Below are positions 12,776 through 27,124 of a stretch of 64,000 bases of DNA, one piece after another. Numbering within the stretch: position 1 is the stretch's first letter; each line of letters begins with the position of its first letter. The notes under the pieces are model-generated. The model saw only the letters and a program-made list of their open reading frames with translations, did no database searches and was not told where the DNA came from. Position numbers and translations under genes: made by a program. The DNA comes from Octopus sinensis (taxonomy: Eukaryota), in the NCBI RefSeq assembly GCF_006345805.1, contig NC_042998.1, positions 172,546,001-172,610,000 on the forward strand. Reading direction: 5' to 3'.

Positions 12776-13322
12776 CATCAAAGTGACACTGGGGTAAAAT
12801 ATACGAAGCCCAGCACACCCATCATGACTACCCGTCTGATAAGGGTACACCAGGCACATGCATCACAACCATATGTGCACGACATGGTGATCTCATATCA
12901 AAATAAACAGCACATGACCTTGCAGGTGGGGCCTAGTTACAATTTTCTTAAGATTGAGTAGCCCATCCCGCTCAAAAGGTCCCCGAATAAGGATTGTTTA
13001 AGGATGTTGAACGAAACACCCATGTTTCCAAAGGTGAATTATCCAAACCTCTAAGAATTCCCTTCAACACACGGCTATGATGCTCTCCCACTACTTCTGC
13101 TCATGATCAGAGATGCACACATCGTCAGCCACAAAGGGACATGGTCAACTGGTTACGGTCAAACAACTGACAAGCAAATCTGTGGTATTGAGCAGAATAT
13201 TTACTGTAGCCCATCTTTTTTACCAAGACAAAACAATGTACATGATAACACTTCCAATCAGTTAAATTCAGAAGCCATTAGAGCCACTGCCTGGTACTGC
13301 ATCAGGGCATTTATTATTATTA

Positions 13323-13414
<92 letters not shown>

Positions 13415-13973
13415 GAGTGTGTGAGTGAGAGAGCAGTGCATGCCATCAAAGTGACACTGGGGTAAAATATACGAAGCCAGCATACCCATCATGACTACCC
13501 GTCTGATAAGGGTACACCAGGCACATGCATCACAACCATATGTGCACGACATGGTGATCTCATATCAAAATAAACAGCACATGACCTTGCAGGTGGGGCC
13601 TAGTTACAATTTTCTTAAGATTGAGTAGCCCATCCCGCTCAAAAGGTCCCCGAATAAGGATTGTTAAGGATGTTGAACGAAACACCATGTTTCCAAAGGT
13701 GAATTATCCAAACCTCTAAGAATTCCCTTCAACACACGGCTATGATGCTCTCCCACTACTTCTGCTCATGATCAGAGATGCACACATCGTCAGCCACAAA
13801 GGGACATGGTCAACTGGTTACGGTCAAACAACTGACAAGCAAATCTGTGGTATTGAGCAGAATATTTACTGTAGCCCATCTTTTTTACCAAGACAAAACA
13901 ATGTACATGATAACACTTCCAATCAGTTAAATTCAGAAGCCATTAGAGCCACTGCCTGGTACTGCATCAGGGC

Positions 13974-14042
<69 letters not shown>
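12776..14042 (+). repeat. Near-identical tandem duplication of a ~535-bp interspersed repeat with (ATT)n tails
   Basis: 12776-13312 + (ATT)n to 13414, and 13444-13976 + (ATT)n to ~14042. The copies differ at only a few positions. Confidence 0.95.
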
Positions 14043-14043
<1 letters not shown>

Positions 14044-16374
14044 AATTCATTGATAGTTGGTTGTGCATCTTTGTTGTGTAAGGTTTGCTCTTTTAGTTAT
14101 TCAGCAAGGAGTGAATGAAAGATTGTAGCGTAAATGTGTTTGCATTTCTCTGATTAGTCATAAGTAGAGAAGGAAAGAAGAGAGAAAGAGAAGCGGGAGA
14201 GAGAAAGAGAGGGTAGAGAGAGAGGTAGAGAACGATGAGAGGGAGACAGTGAGAGATAGTGAGAGAGTGAGGGAGAGTGCAAAACATTGCTTTTGGCTAT
14301 TGTGTTTTATTTATTTACTAACTTTGCCAATTGGTGAAAATCATCATGGCACTTTTCGCTTCATGCCTCAAGCAGTTCCCAGGTCATCTTGTCCTCCGAG
14401 CTTCGTTGATATTCTACAGGGAGAAAGCGAAGCATAACAAGAGTAAAAGCATGCTCACATGACGTGGGCATAAATACAAAATCAACTCACAAACTTCAAA
14501 TAGAAAATGAGGATTTCATTACGATGTTGTGTCGACATAGAAATAAAAAAAAAACTGGTAATTACTATAATCTGGAAAAGAAACTTAGAAAGAGATGCAT
14601 AAAGAATCGCTGGCTATTCGGTTAAAACATAGGTGTTTGATATTAATTTATGTAACTTTAATTTCCGCGTTCAAATCTTACCCAAATCAAGTTTGACTTA
14701 TCTCTTTCAATGGTAGATAAAATAAACGTCAGACAAAATACTAGGGATGATGAATTGATCAAAACCTCTGAAGACTGTGCCTTAGCATAGCTGCAGTTCA
14801 ACGACTGAAACCACCTAACGTATAGAATAATGTCTATGGAACACAACGAATTATTGATCTTAACGTTCATCTGCAATCAGAGACTTTTTTAAATTTTGTT
14901 TTGTTATATTCTGGACAATGTTGCCTTAGACTTTGTAGAGGAAAAATGAAACTAAAGGGTTAATTATTTTCCGTTTAAATATAAAGGTATAGCAAGTGAT
15001 AGGAATTACCCGTTATACAGCGGAGGCGTAAACGAGAGAAACAATAACCCGCAAATCTAAAGATAGTAATATTTTAAAGTCATATTCAACACGCAGTTTC
15101 TTTTAATAGTTTGATTCGTAGGAAGGAGTTGTTGCCAATAACATCACATGCTCTCTGAGATAGGCGAGAACAATACAACTCATGTTTTTTAATATTTATA
15201 GGTCATCAATCCTTGGAAAAACATAGACAGGGAGGGAATTTCAAAGGGATAAAGTTTTGGGCAGGGGAGATGGGAAAAATTAGAGTAGGATGTTGGGTAG
15301 AAAAGATATAATATTAGTGAAAAGAAAAAGAGAGAGGCGAATGAGTCAGGTTGTTTGAGTGAGGAGGCATAACATCAGTCAGAAGTGAGGAGCAGAGGCC
15401 ATTGTGATCGCAAAGTCAGAGTGAGGAGGCAACACATCGGAAGGTTAGAGGTGAGAGAATATTGTTGAGTGATTGTGTCAATGTACCGTGTCACATTTTT
15501 GGGGGTTGCGACTTAGAATGTTCGTGCGTGTAGCAGGATTACAGGACCATATAACTGTTGGGAGCAGAAGTATTTTCTTCAGAGGATATTGCCTTGCTAT
15601 AATGTAGAGGTATAATCACAAGCAGCATTCATTAGTAGTTGAGAGGCAGCACTAAAAGGTTAATCATTAGTTTCGAAATCTAATTACTCCAAAAGCGAGA
15701 AAGCATATTGACAACACGCACAGTAAGAACGAGTCACGATTGAAAAGAATTGGATCAGACACGAAATAACTATGAGGAATCTAAAACTTCCCTATTTATT
15801 TTGAAATGAAAGAAAATGTGCTAGTGATACTGAGTAAAAAAATCTATCTCATAGGAACAGATATAAAATTCAACAACAAAAGGTATATTGAAGATAGCAA
15901 GCAGGTTGTTAAGAAAAATTACCAAAAGTGAGTAGATACTCTGAGTAAACTACTAAATACCTTGGTATTTATTTATAATTACATCGAGTGTTTAATATTA
16001 TATTTAGTGTTTCAGTAAGGTCAAAGCGATGCCTTGATTATGAGATACCTGGTCGTCGTTGTAATTGTTTAATTCCAAATCCTTCCTGATTGAATCGATC
16101 TATTGTCAAAAACATTAAAGCAATGACCATACTGCCTGTTTAAGAGTGTAAAACTCAGTTATGGATAATCTCCTCAGCTTAGATTAGATGGATAGGTATC
16201 CAGTATAAGTAAATGTTCAACTCAATGCTGGTATTCTGGCTAAGATATTTTTGTTGATAAACACAATCAAAATCAGTCTAGTAGAAGTAATAGTGATAAA
16301 GGACTACATTATCTAATGTCTCTTTTCCCCGGTGGGTCTTTTTTTCGAAGGGGTTAGAAGATCGAAGGGTCAAA

Positions 16375-16628
16375 GAACGAAATATTCTTCCTGAGCCATA
16401 AGTTCATAAGGCCGGTTTTCTGGATTCTGTAGCGTATTTATTCCCCCTATCTCCCTTTTGACGCGACGCCGGTCCGTCCCGCATTACTCATTTGTATCAG
16501 CTTCGTGGCCTGGAGCAAAGTAAAAGTAAATATTTTTGCTCAAGAACACAACGCATCACTCGTTCAGGAATCGAAACTACAATCTTACGATCATGTGTGC
16601 AACACCCTAACCATTAAACAACGCACCT
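16375..16628 (-). mobile_element. tRNA-derived SINE (head related to family C)
   Basis: The reverse complement has an A-box-like TTTAATGGTTAG, a B-box-like TTTCGATTCC and GTTGTGTTCTTGAGCAA, as in 33808-34117. Confidence 0.65.
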
Positions 16629-19049
16629 CCGCATCCAGCAGTTTGAGTGACTACCTATTGGTTTTTATCGTGTTGGTGTTGTTTTTCAGACCCAGGTCAA
16701 CCTCGATAGAGTAGTTCTTATAAACAACGTGGCCTCATGCTTTGTTCAGGAACTGTATGCTACATTATTCAGGTAATGTCTCTTTCTTTAACCATGCAGT
16801 GTAATTTGATAGAGATTTTACTCCTATTTGTCACAGGTGTGACCATATTGGCTTGTAACCTAGATAAGGTGTTAGTCAGAAGCGTTATTACTAAAAGGCC
16901 ACTGAATCGTATAGCGCATTAGTATATATGTATTATTTCAATATATAGTAATTTTTAACACCAATGCTTAGATGAACAGCTACAAGTGAAAATTTATTAA
17001 ACTATTAAACGTCAAGGGGGAATAAACAATTCTTACAATGAAGGAGACAAGCAAATAAATTACCAGTCGATAACAGTTATGGACTTCTGGAAATTATAAA
17101 TATCAATTTTTGCAGAAATAAAAACAAAAACAAATGCAAAACATACTATTATGTAAAGTTGAACCTAAAATAGACAGGAAAGAAGTCAAAGTACAAAATG
17201 TCATTTATTTATATATGACAAATGTATTGTAAGAAATTGTACATAGTTAAAGAGAGATATAAATGAATCAATTTAATTTCAAGAAGTAAGGCGTAATCAA
17301 AGCTCCCGAAATCTTGTGTTATTTCTAAACATCTAATCAGATTTACTATATAAATTGATATTTATAAACATCTCACCTAAACTATGACGTACGTTGATTT
17401 AGAAAACAGTTTTTAGATTTGTAGTAATGATGACAAGCATATAATTGTAAACAACCTTATCATTTCTTTTCATCATCGCTAGTAATTGTTTTATAAAAGA
17501 TATAACTTGAGATTGGAATTTTGTGTAAATTTAGGAAAGAAATCTTGCTTTCAATCTTTTGAATGCAAAAGCCAGTTTATCTATCCGCACATGAGTTTTA
17601 AAAAATTTTCTTTGAATAACATTAATATTTAAAATATTGATTTACCAAAGCAAAACATACTGTGGATTTAAGTCAAGTATAAGAAGATTTAAAAAGAAAT
17701 AGCTACAGCTAGCAAAATAAATAATTCAACAGTAACAGAAAAGTTTGATGTTGAATTCAATTAGCGTATCTCCAAGCATTTGTTAATTTAATGAACATCA
17801 TCTAAGTGCTGTCCCTTTCCTTCTGAAGCCAGTGGTAATGTTTGGTAAAACAAAGTTTTTAAAATGAATATACCAATTTGGAAAGTTTTTATTCAAAGAC
17901 ATTAAATACGTGATTTAAATACGTGAATCACTACTTTAAAAAAAAAAAGTATATTTTCATTAAAACAATGCAAGAAAAACTGTTTGAAATTTCAGATGAA
18001 TACTCAATGCATGAGGCTTCCTGTTCTTTTGTTTAAAATGTAGTATTATCTTGAGAGAGTGTAATTTAATTTGACACACTCCTACGTTCTAGAAAATCAC
18101 TGTTCAGCTATGAAAATGTAAGGCATAAGAACAGTAAAGTACGATTCTAAGACTAGAAATTAAAATATATGTAGCAAGATAACTGAAAAATTTGAAAACG
18201 AATCATCTAAACTGTAAATTCTAGTTTTAATATATTTCTTGCATAATTTCGTGGGAAAGTAAATTGCCTATAGCCAGTATACATTCTCTGTAGAGCTAAG
18301 AGTATAACGACGGTTTGGTTATTAAATGTAATACTATTTTAGGGGTAAAGATATTCAAAATCCTTTTAATATCTATATTTGGTTAAATTCATATGTAAAT
18401 ATATTACTGGCATATGCAAACTTTATCTTTTTAAGACTACATCTATTTTAGCGTTATTTAAAATTGTTTACTTTAAACTATATACGTATAACTTCCATAT
18501 AATTTGTTTAAAATATTCACTTTCAGCTAAAACCGTTCGCTTTAATTAAATTTGTTTTTTTCCGGATTATTTCAACTGACATAAATCGTTTATTCATTTT
18601 TCCATGAAATGACTTCACTGCTTTACTCTAACCACCCGTTACTGTAACATAAGAACAGAATACTTTATAACTTCACTTTAATTTTTTGCCAAACGCTCTG
18701 ATGATATTTACATAATAAATTTAACTATTATATTCTATTTCCTTTTCTGTATCAATGAAAATGTAATAGACATTTAATCTGCGATTTTAAGCCAATTCAA
18801 CTTCGTCATTCTAGATACAATTTATTTCTATTATTTCTTTAATAAATAAATCATTTTATCTCCAATTTTCTTTCGAATATTTCTAACTCTAATTTTCACG
18901 TATCGTAATTTAAACGGAATTCATATTGAAACGAATTAATTTGCATATTTCAACGAACGCAGATTCATTAGTTTTATGAATAAAACCATTAATAATAAAC
19001 CAAATAGTTTTTAAAAAATCGCAACATACAGCTGAATTTGAGAGACATG

Positions 19050-19089
<40 letters not shown>

Positions 19090-19136
19090 TCGCGCGCGCA
19101 CAAACACACACACACACATATATATATATATACATA

Positions 19137-19430
19137 TCTCTTTTACTTGTTTCTGTCATTTGACTGCGGCCATGCTGGAGCTCCGCCTTTGGTCGAGCAA
19201 TTCGACCCCAGGACTTAATCTTTGGAAGCCTCGTACTTATTCTATGGGGCTCTTTTGCCGAAACGCTAAGTTACGGGGACGGAAAGACACCACCATCGGT
19301 TGTCAAGCGATGTTGGTGGGACAAACACAGACACACAAACATATGCGCACATATACATATATATATATATATACACTTATACGACGGGCTTCTTTCAGTT
19401 TCCGTCTACCAAATCCACTCACAAGGCTTT
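19137..19430 (-). mobile_element. SINE family A, 5' part missing
   Basis: Matches the core and tail of 35171-35563. Confidence 0.85.
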
Positions 19431-19467
19431 ATATATACTTATACATATACTTATATATACTTATGTA

Positions 19468-19730
19468 TCTATTATATAAAATCCGTTCTGTCTGTCTGTT
19501 TGTGTGTGTGTCTTCTAGAATCTCGGGCATCCTCCATCCGATTGCGCCCAAATTTGATATGTAGATACTGACTGTATCAGGGCGTGTATAAGTCCTGAAA
19601 AAATTACAAAAATCGATTCCAGGTGAGAATGCGATCGATAAAGCCGTGGTAACGTGCATTTGTACGCGCAAGTACAGCAGCTGTTGCGATCGATACTACG
19701 CGTACGCGAGAAAAACGCACGGTGTCTCAA
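19468..19730 (+). mobile_element. 5' part of a non-autonomous Helitron
   Basis: A^TCTATTATATAAAA followed by tctgtctgtctg; 3' CTAG/hairpin not seen. Confidence 0.6.
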
Positions 19731-20534
19731 ATTTAGGTTAAATCAGTGTTTCTCAAAGGGGAGGCCTATGGGACGGTCGGACAAGATGCTTTGAGAAAAT
19801 TTGGTTTAAATGTTTAACAACTGAGCACCGTCCATTGGACGTAGGGTGGTGGCATTTGCTCATATATATATATATATATAAGTATGTATATGAGAAACTG
19901 TGTATTTCCATCATGTTTCAAGTTTAAACTAAAACACCAAAATAGATTTTCACAAAGAAATCCATATGTAATTAGTTTTTCTTCAACTTAACTTGACGTC
20001 CAAAAATGGCATTGAGAACTTAGCAATCATTCCTATTGGCTGAGAAATTACATTGAGGGCTCTGGTAACAATTTGGTGGTTATTTTGTTTTTACAATGTA
20101 TTTTTATTATGTAGAGGAACCATTAAATGTCGAACAGTGTTGCTATGACGTTGATGCGGTGTAAATATGAAAGATATCACAAGTGCTGACAAATTTTGTG
20201 TTACGCGTTAATATGATATTTATGAAAGACTGCAAATCAATATTTTAATATTGGAAATCAATGACATTTATGAAAGCTAATCGGCATGCGTTTCATATTG
20301 TGATTATAGGCTGTGTTCACCAGTCGACGAAGAAACCTCAAAGCTGTTGCTCAGTCTGCTAGAAATAGCAACCAAATTGCCTTCTACTCTCTTGTTACCA
20401 TCTTTAAGATAAAATAAATGACACACAGGATAATGTAGTCTCGGATAAATTCTCTGAAAATAGGATAGGATAGGTATGACCGAAACGCATTAATAATAGA
20501 TCTGTCCGATCAGAGCTAATCTGGGGTTAATCTA

Positions 20535-20566
20535 TCAATCAATCAATCAATCTATCTATCTATCTC

Positions 20567-20639
<73 letters not shown>

Positions 20640-20661
20640 TTATCTATCTAGCTATATATAT

Positions 20662-20714
<53 letters not shown>

Positions 20715-20722
20715 TATATATA
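20535..20722. repeat. (TCAA)n/(TCTA)n/(TA)n microsatellite
   Basis: Directly visible. Confidence 0.95.
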
Positions 20723-21335
20723 CGTAAATGTCAAACAAAGAAAATGAATGCTCAGTACTGCATAAAATTTCTTCATTTGTGTACTAAAGTTACCATTAGT
20801 TTCATGTTAAGGAAATGTCTTAATAATTTTTCTAGCCGATCACATGGAGCGATAGTGTTCGTATCCGTTTTGGATGAAAACTCGAACATTCCATGGAATT
20901 TATGATATATATACGAAAATTATTGGCAAGCAAGACAAAAAATCAAAGGGGGCGGCTTTGGGTGATTATCTCCCTTGGGTTTGACTATTGGAAAAGCGTG
21001 TGCCGAATGGTTGTTTGTTTATATAATGTTATAGCCTGGGTATGTGTAATGTTCGCATGTTTCTGGGTTGAGAGCGTTCATCATGTGGGATGTGACCTCT
21101 ATGTATGGAGTTCGTATGCTGTATATATTTAATGTTCACGTTCAGAGAAAAAACTTATCCAGATAGGATCGGCAGAGTGGGTGGTGGTCCTTATTTGAAA
21201 TGCCGAAGTGTAAGATGTTGCTTGTTCGTTAATATGTTTTCTGATTTTAGCAGTAATGCTTCATGTTATCTGGGGATTGCTTATTCCTCCTTTCAACGCC
21301 TACATCATACTACTGAATGCGTGTTTATATATATA

Positions 21336-21379
<44 letters not shown>

Positions 21380-23051
21380 TATGTGTGTATATATATATAT
21401 ACGTATATATGTATATATATATATGTATATACGTGTATGTGTGTGCGCTTGTATATACCTGCGTATGTGTGCTTGCACATGGATACATCTGACAGTGATG
21501 AATTTATCAGTTATAATATTTTCATGATCATTTTAACCTACTGCTAAATACACGAATACGCCATTATTAGAATTACTCCTGTTTAGAGATTGTATTGTGC
21601 TTATCCTTAATCATTAATGCTCTCATAGATTTAGGAACGCTATTGTTTCAAAGTAAAGAAATGACTAGAAAAGAAGTAACCTTTAATAAAAAGATCCAAG
21701 ACGAAAACATTAGTGTCTTTGATATACCATTTCTGAAAGAAAAGCTGCTTGGTTTTTTTAAACACATACATACACATATGCACACATACATACGAAGATA
21801 CATTCACCATTCAACACACATATATGCATGTGTATATTTTTGTGGTCTAGTGTAATTCCCGTTCGCTGAGTCCTAACCACAAAAATCGGGAAAATCAAGC
21901 CTATAGTCGAAGAAAATGATGACAAATATAGCCCAGAACCAACAAATTATAAAGCAAATTTCTTCAACCAAATAGACATTACCTATGTGACAGACGTTTC
22001 TTCAATCATTACAACAGAAGCTTACGTGCTTTGTGATAGTTGCGTTGGAGGTGATTTTCATTGCCAATTAACGTGAAGTTGTGTTTGACCAAGTAAATTT
22101 GTCGCCAACATTCTTCGAGTGGTGAATCTTCGTCTACCATTACATTATTTGGACCTGATTTGAATAAGGACGTTTAATTATCTATGTCCATCAACTGGTG
22201 AAATACTTTCCATAAACATCTAAATTTCACTAATTTCACAGAAATTGTGACAAACTATTCGAACTTTTAATTCTTTATTCTGAATGAGATTTAACATTTC
22301 CCTCTTATTAACATTACAAAGATGCTCGTTTCTATTTTTGATTATAAACATCTTTTGGCTTTTGCTTGAAAGGGGGCGATATCATTCCCATTCTCTGCCA
22401 ATACAATCTTTAAGAGTGTGAGTGAAAATTTCCGATGAACAGTATATAATGTTACTGAACACTCCAAGCTGGGTAGATAAAAGAGTCTCTCTTTACTCCT
22501 TTGTCTTTACTCCTATGATTTATATAGAATACTGAATGCTTTCTGGGTAAAAATTATGTAATATTTTACTCGATGTAACCAGCTTGTTGTACGGAATTAT
22601 CTTTGATTACTCCTATTTTATTTCGTTTATCAGATACACCAACCAAAACATACATAACTTTCGTCTTTTCGTTCGCAGTCGTTTATTCAGGTGAGAAAGG
22701 CACACTGCCAAGTGAGAGAGAGGTATGTATTCTCAAACCAGAGACCAGTCACGGAAGCTAGCAATAGAGTGAACTTTACGAAAAGCATCCAGGGATCAGG
22801 TGGTGGCGTTAAAATCATTAATGATATATGTATAGATTGCTCGTGAGCTGTATCGATGAGATACAAAGACATTAAAATAGGTGTCTACGAAAGATGGGTA
22901 AAGAAAAAATATATAAAGTTAAACTTAAATTACAATTGAACCCTTACATCTTGGTTTCCATTGAAAATAGGAGAGCAAAATACTCGTTTTTAGAAATTCA
23001 ATAGAAGATACTAAACGTTAACAGGATTCAAACTTTCATCTCGAGAAAAGA

Positions 23052-23117
<66 letters not shown>

Positions 23118-23269
23118 CGAGCGAGGGAGGGAGTATTCTAGAGAATGGAACACAGTAGAAGTAGAACAGTCTAACACGTGAATCATACAGAAATACTGTA
23201 GAATAATTATATTTTTCTATTAATTTAATTAAAAATATTTTTAATATTTGTCCATAGACACAGAAATGT

Positions 23270-23410
23270 CTGTAAGTATAAAAGTTCGCTTTTGGGACCG
23301 ATTCTACTGTGGCGGTAACTTGGGAAGTGTCTTCAACTATAGGTTTGAGTTGAAAACAGTCATTTGTGAGTGGAATTTGGTAGACAGAAATTGAAGATGC
23401 TCGCATATAC
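23270..23410 (+). mobile_element. Old SINE family A head/core fragment
   Basis: cttgggaagtgtcttcaactatagg...tgtgagtggaatttggtagacagaaattgaaga resembles 35230-35320. Confidence 0.6.
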
Positions 23411-23672
23411 GTATATATATAGCAATAAGATAATGGAGAGGATCAAGAGGTGGTTCATCAACTTTTAGACATTATATTATGTCAACTTATTTTATTTACT
23501 AAAATGACAATTACAATAATATACATACATGTATAACATATTATGCTTTACATATAAGATATGATATTCTACCAGCAGTATATTGGATAGATATTATCCC
23601 TTAGTTGGTTGGATTCACAACCTCTAACTTTTTTTGAGTTATTATATATATATATATATATAACTCAAAAAA

Positions 23673-23922
23673 TGCTCTGTTTTCGTAAACATCCGCCTTT
23701 CACCATGTGCAACTCATAAACACCAGTCGTCTTTTTTCTCTTTCCCTGTTGCCCGCTCTGGGATCTTTCTTTCCTCTCTCTTCCTTCTTTATGTTTCCGA
23801 CGAAGAGCTCCGCTCGAAACGTCATACCTCCCTGCTTCCTTTTCCTGAGCGCCTATTAATAATAATACTGTAATTGTTCCATTGTTGTTGTTTTTTTGTT
23901 TCCCGTTTGGATTAAAATTATA
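23673..23922 (+). repeat. 5' pseudo-LTR
   Basis: Near-identical to 29899-30148. Confidence 0.93.
23791..23828 (+). ncRNA. Minimal hammerhead-like motif in the 5' pLTR (C4 variant)
   Basis: CCGACGA-A-GAGC(tcc)GCTC-GAAAC-GTC; predicted cleavage after 23823; stem I is weak. Confidence 0.55.
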
Positions 23923-24252
23923 CCACTGCGCGCCTACACGGACCCCTTGTACCTTGGATACCAACTCCCGGATTTTTTGCACCTACGGATTATTGTTACC
24001 ATTCTTCCTGACCTACGGATCACCCGCAACCTTCTTCCGGAGTACCACCATTACCGTGATTGAAAATCATTACCTAATCTGTCCGTTGACTCTCAAATCT
24101 CTTTCCTGACTTTTTTCAACTTTTTTCAACTTTTTTCTATTGTTTTCAAACCGTCTTCACCCGTTTTCTTCTTTCGTTGTTTTCCTGTTGTCTCTCCTTT
24201 TTCCTGTTTCGCCACCACCCACCTTTACCTGTTTCCACCACCACTTCTCATC

Positions 24253-27098
24253 ATGCCTGACTTGCACTCGTTCGTCCAACACCTTCAATCCCTCCAGCCG
24301 CTACCTCGCGTTCTTCCCCCCACAATGTTCCGCACCTGCTATAAAACTTTCCCGCTTGCTTTTTAAGAAAACCCGCCACTCGAGTCATCTTTCCTTTCTT
24401 AGCCGGTGCCTCCGCCATCATGTCACACCCCGCGGTTCCTCTTGAAGTTCCACGCTACCCCCTATTCCTCCCCCTTCATCGAACCCACCCTCGCTCGTAC
24501 CTCCCGCTCCCTCCTCCGCGCCACCATCCGCTCCACCCCCCCCTCCTTGACTCCCTCGACCATCAACTTCCCCAGGCCTACCTCCTTCTCTCCGCCCTCT
24601 GCCCTCCACTCTTCACCCAACCTATCCTCCGCTTCATTCTTAATCTCAACCACCAACTCTACAACCACCTCACACACACAAAAAACAAAAACTCCACCTC
24701 CTCCTCAACCCCTCACCCCCTTCCCCATCCTCCCCCACTGTTCCCCCTCCTTCGCACCTACCCCACCCTTCCACGGACCCACACACCCCCCACCGTGACC
24801 TTCCTACGCCTAACCCATCTTCACCCAACCACCCCTACCCTCCCCTTCACACCCCTGCACCCCCTCCGCCTGCCCCTAGTCCTCCCACCACCCCGCTTCC
24901 TCGCGCTGTTGTCACTATACCCCCCCTCCCCCTCTCCGCCGCTGAGCGCTCCCTCCTCAGTAAGGGTCTCCGCTTCACGCCACTCACGCGCCACTGTGAT
25001 GAGTTCGAGACTCGGGCGGACGTCAACCTGTTCCTGCGCCGCCTCAAACTTCGCGCATACTACCACGCGTCCCCGCAGCGTCACAACAATCAGGATTGCC
25101 TTTTGGAGCTGGGGCGTCGTCCATCCATCTGGACGCCGCCCCCAGGCCTTTTCAGTAGCCTAGATTCGTTTGTACATGACTGCAACGCTTTGGTCCACCG
25201 TTTCAACTTTGCACCAAGACCCCGCCGAGCCAACCTCACTCGGGCCGAATCCATTGCCCTTCGCCACCTCCGCCGTCGTGATGACATTGTCATCAAACCG
25301 GCGGACAAAGGCGGGGCAGTGGTAGTGTGGCGCGCGGACCTATACAGGGAGGAAGCGCTCAACCAGCTTCAAAATCCACTCTTCTATCGCCTCCTCCCCT
25401 CCGATCCCACCTCCTCCTACCAACAGCGAGTGTCCTCCACCATCCACGACCTCATCTCCTCCTCCGCTCTCCCCCTCACCGCCACCAACCTCATCGTCCG
25501 CACACCCCGCACCTCCACCATCTACTTCCTTCCCAAGATCCATAAACCCTCTAATCCTGGCCGTCCCATAGTCTCTGCCTGTAATTGCCCCACTGAACTC
25601 ATCTCCCTATACCTCGACCGCATCCTGTCCCCCTTAGTCGCAGCCCTCCCATCCCACATACACGACACCAACCACGCCCTCCGTCTCTTCAATTCCTTTT
25701 CCTTCCCTTCCAGCCCCTCACACCTCCTCTTCACTTTAGATGTAAAATCCCTGTACACAGTGATTCCCCACAATGACGGTCTCCTAGCCCTCCAACACTT
25801 CCTCGACCGTCGTCCCGACCCCACCCCCAGCACCCCCACCCTTCTCCGTTGGCTGAGCTCGTCCTCACCCTCAATTGCTTCACGTTCGCCGGGGAAACGT
25901 ACCAACAGGTGTCCGGGGTCGCGATGGGAACTAGGATGGGCCCCAATTTCGCCAATCTCTTTCTTGGCTACATTGAGGCCCAAGTGTTCTCCCAGTTCTC
26001 TGGGCCGACCCCCGAACTATACGGTCGCTATATCGACGACTGTGTAGGTGCCACCTCCCTTCCCGTGAACTTCTCTGCCAATTCATCTCTTTCCTTTCCA
26101 ACTTTCACCCCTCTCTTCAATTCACCTCCACCATCTCCAACACCTCTGTCAACTTCCTTGACATCTCTCTCCGCATCGATCACCCCTCCAGCTCTCACCA
26201 CCACCACCGCCTTTTTTAAACCTACGGATTCCCACCTCTATCTCAACTTCTCTTCCTCCCACCCCTTCCACACCAAACGAGCCATCTCCTACTCCCAGTT
26301 CCTCCGCCTCCGACGTTTGTGCAGCCGCGACCAGGATTTCGAGACCCAATCTCAATACCTGGCCCGCATGTTCAGACTCCGAGGTTACCCACCCACGCTC
26401 CTCTCTGATGCCCTCACCCGCGCCCGTCGCATCGACCGCACTACCTAACCCTAACCCTGTCTCCTTCCCCCGCCCACCTCCCAACCGCACCCCTTCCCCC
26501 GCCTTTTCCACCCCTCTACCCTACCCCTTCGTCGCAAGATACTACGTGCCTTCCGTCGCCTCCAGCTTGATCCCACCACCCGCCCCATTTTCCCTAACCC
26601 ATCCCTGTCCTCTTTCAAACGAGCCCGCAATCTGCGTGACCTCCTGGTCCACAGCACCCTCTCTCCTTCCCCCTCAGCCCCACACGGATCATTCCCTTGC
26701 TCTAGATCCCTTGCAACACTTGCCCCTTCATCACCAACACCACCGCTGTCACCGGCTCCAACCTGCACACTGTACGCATTAGGCACTCTTTTACGTGCAC
26801 CTCGTCTGGCCTTATTTACTGCATTAAATGCAACCTATGCGGGATGCTGTATGTAGGACAGACGGGACGCCGGTTGTCCGACCGTTTCACTGAACACTTG
26901 AGGGACGTTCGCCTACACTCTCTTTCTCCCGTCGCACGCCACTTCCGCTCGGCCGGCCATTCCCTAGATGACATCTCAGTGTTTGGTCTCGCCCCCCACC
27001 ATGGTCGCCCACTTTCCAGGCTCCACTTGGAGCAACGCTACATCTTCACCCTACAAACTACCACCCCACACGGACTTAACACAGCCCCCTCCTCTTGA
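24253..27098 (+). pseudogene. PLE polyprotein (RT + Cys-rich linker + GIY-YIG endonuclease), split by frameshifts
   Basis: HLSFLSRCLRHHVTPRG; LLSKGLRFTP; IKPADKGGAVVV; YFLPKIHKPSNPGRPIVS; LDVKSLYTVIP; GVAMGTRMGPNFANLF; RYIDD; linker FPCSRS..CNTCPF; GLIYCIKCNLCGMLYVGQTGRRLSDRFTEH..EQRYIFTLQTTTPHGLN. Confidence 0.92.
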
Positions 27099-27124
27099 GA
27101 TCGGTTTTTTTTTTTTTTTTTTTT

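Noticed and set aside
12776-14042. Possible CRISPR-like or regularly spaced array
   Set aside because: Only two long copies with microsatellite tails; no short repeat-spacer architecture and no cas genes; eukaryotic context.
15330-15960. Possible ancient LINE endonuclease remnant (DHN-like motif on minus strand)
   Set aside because: Only a single short motif; too decayed to call.
22040-22450. Possible second mariner remnant
   Set aside because: Faint resemblance to a transposase C-terminus and TIR, but no intact diagnostic motif.
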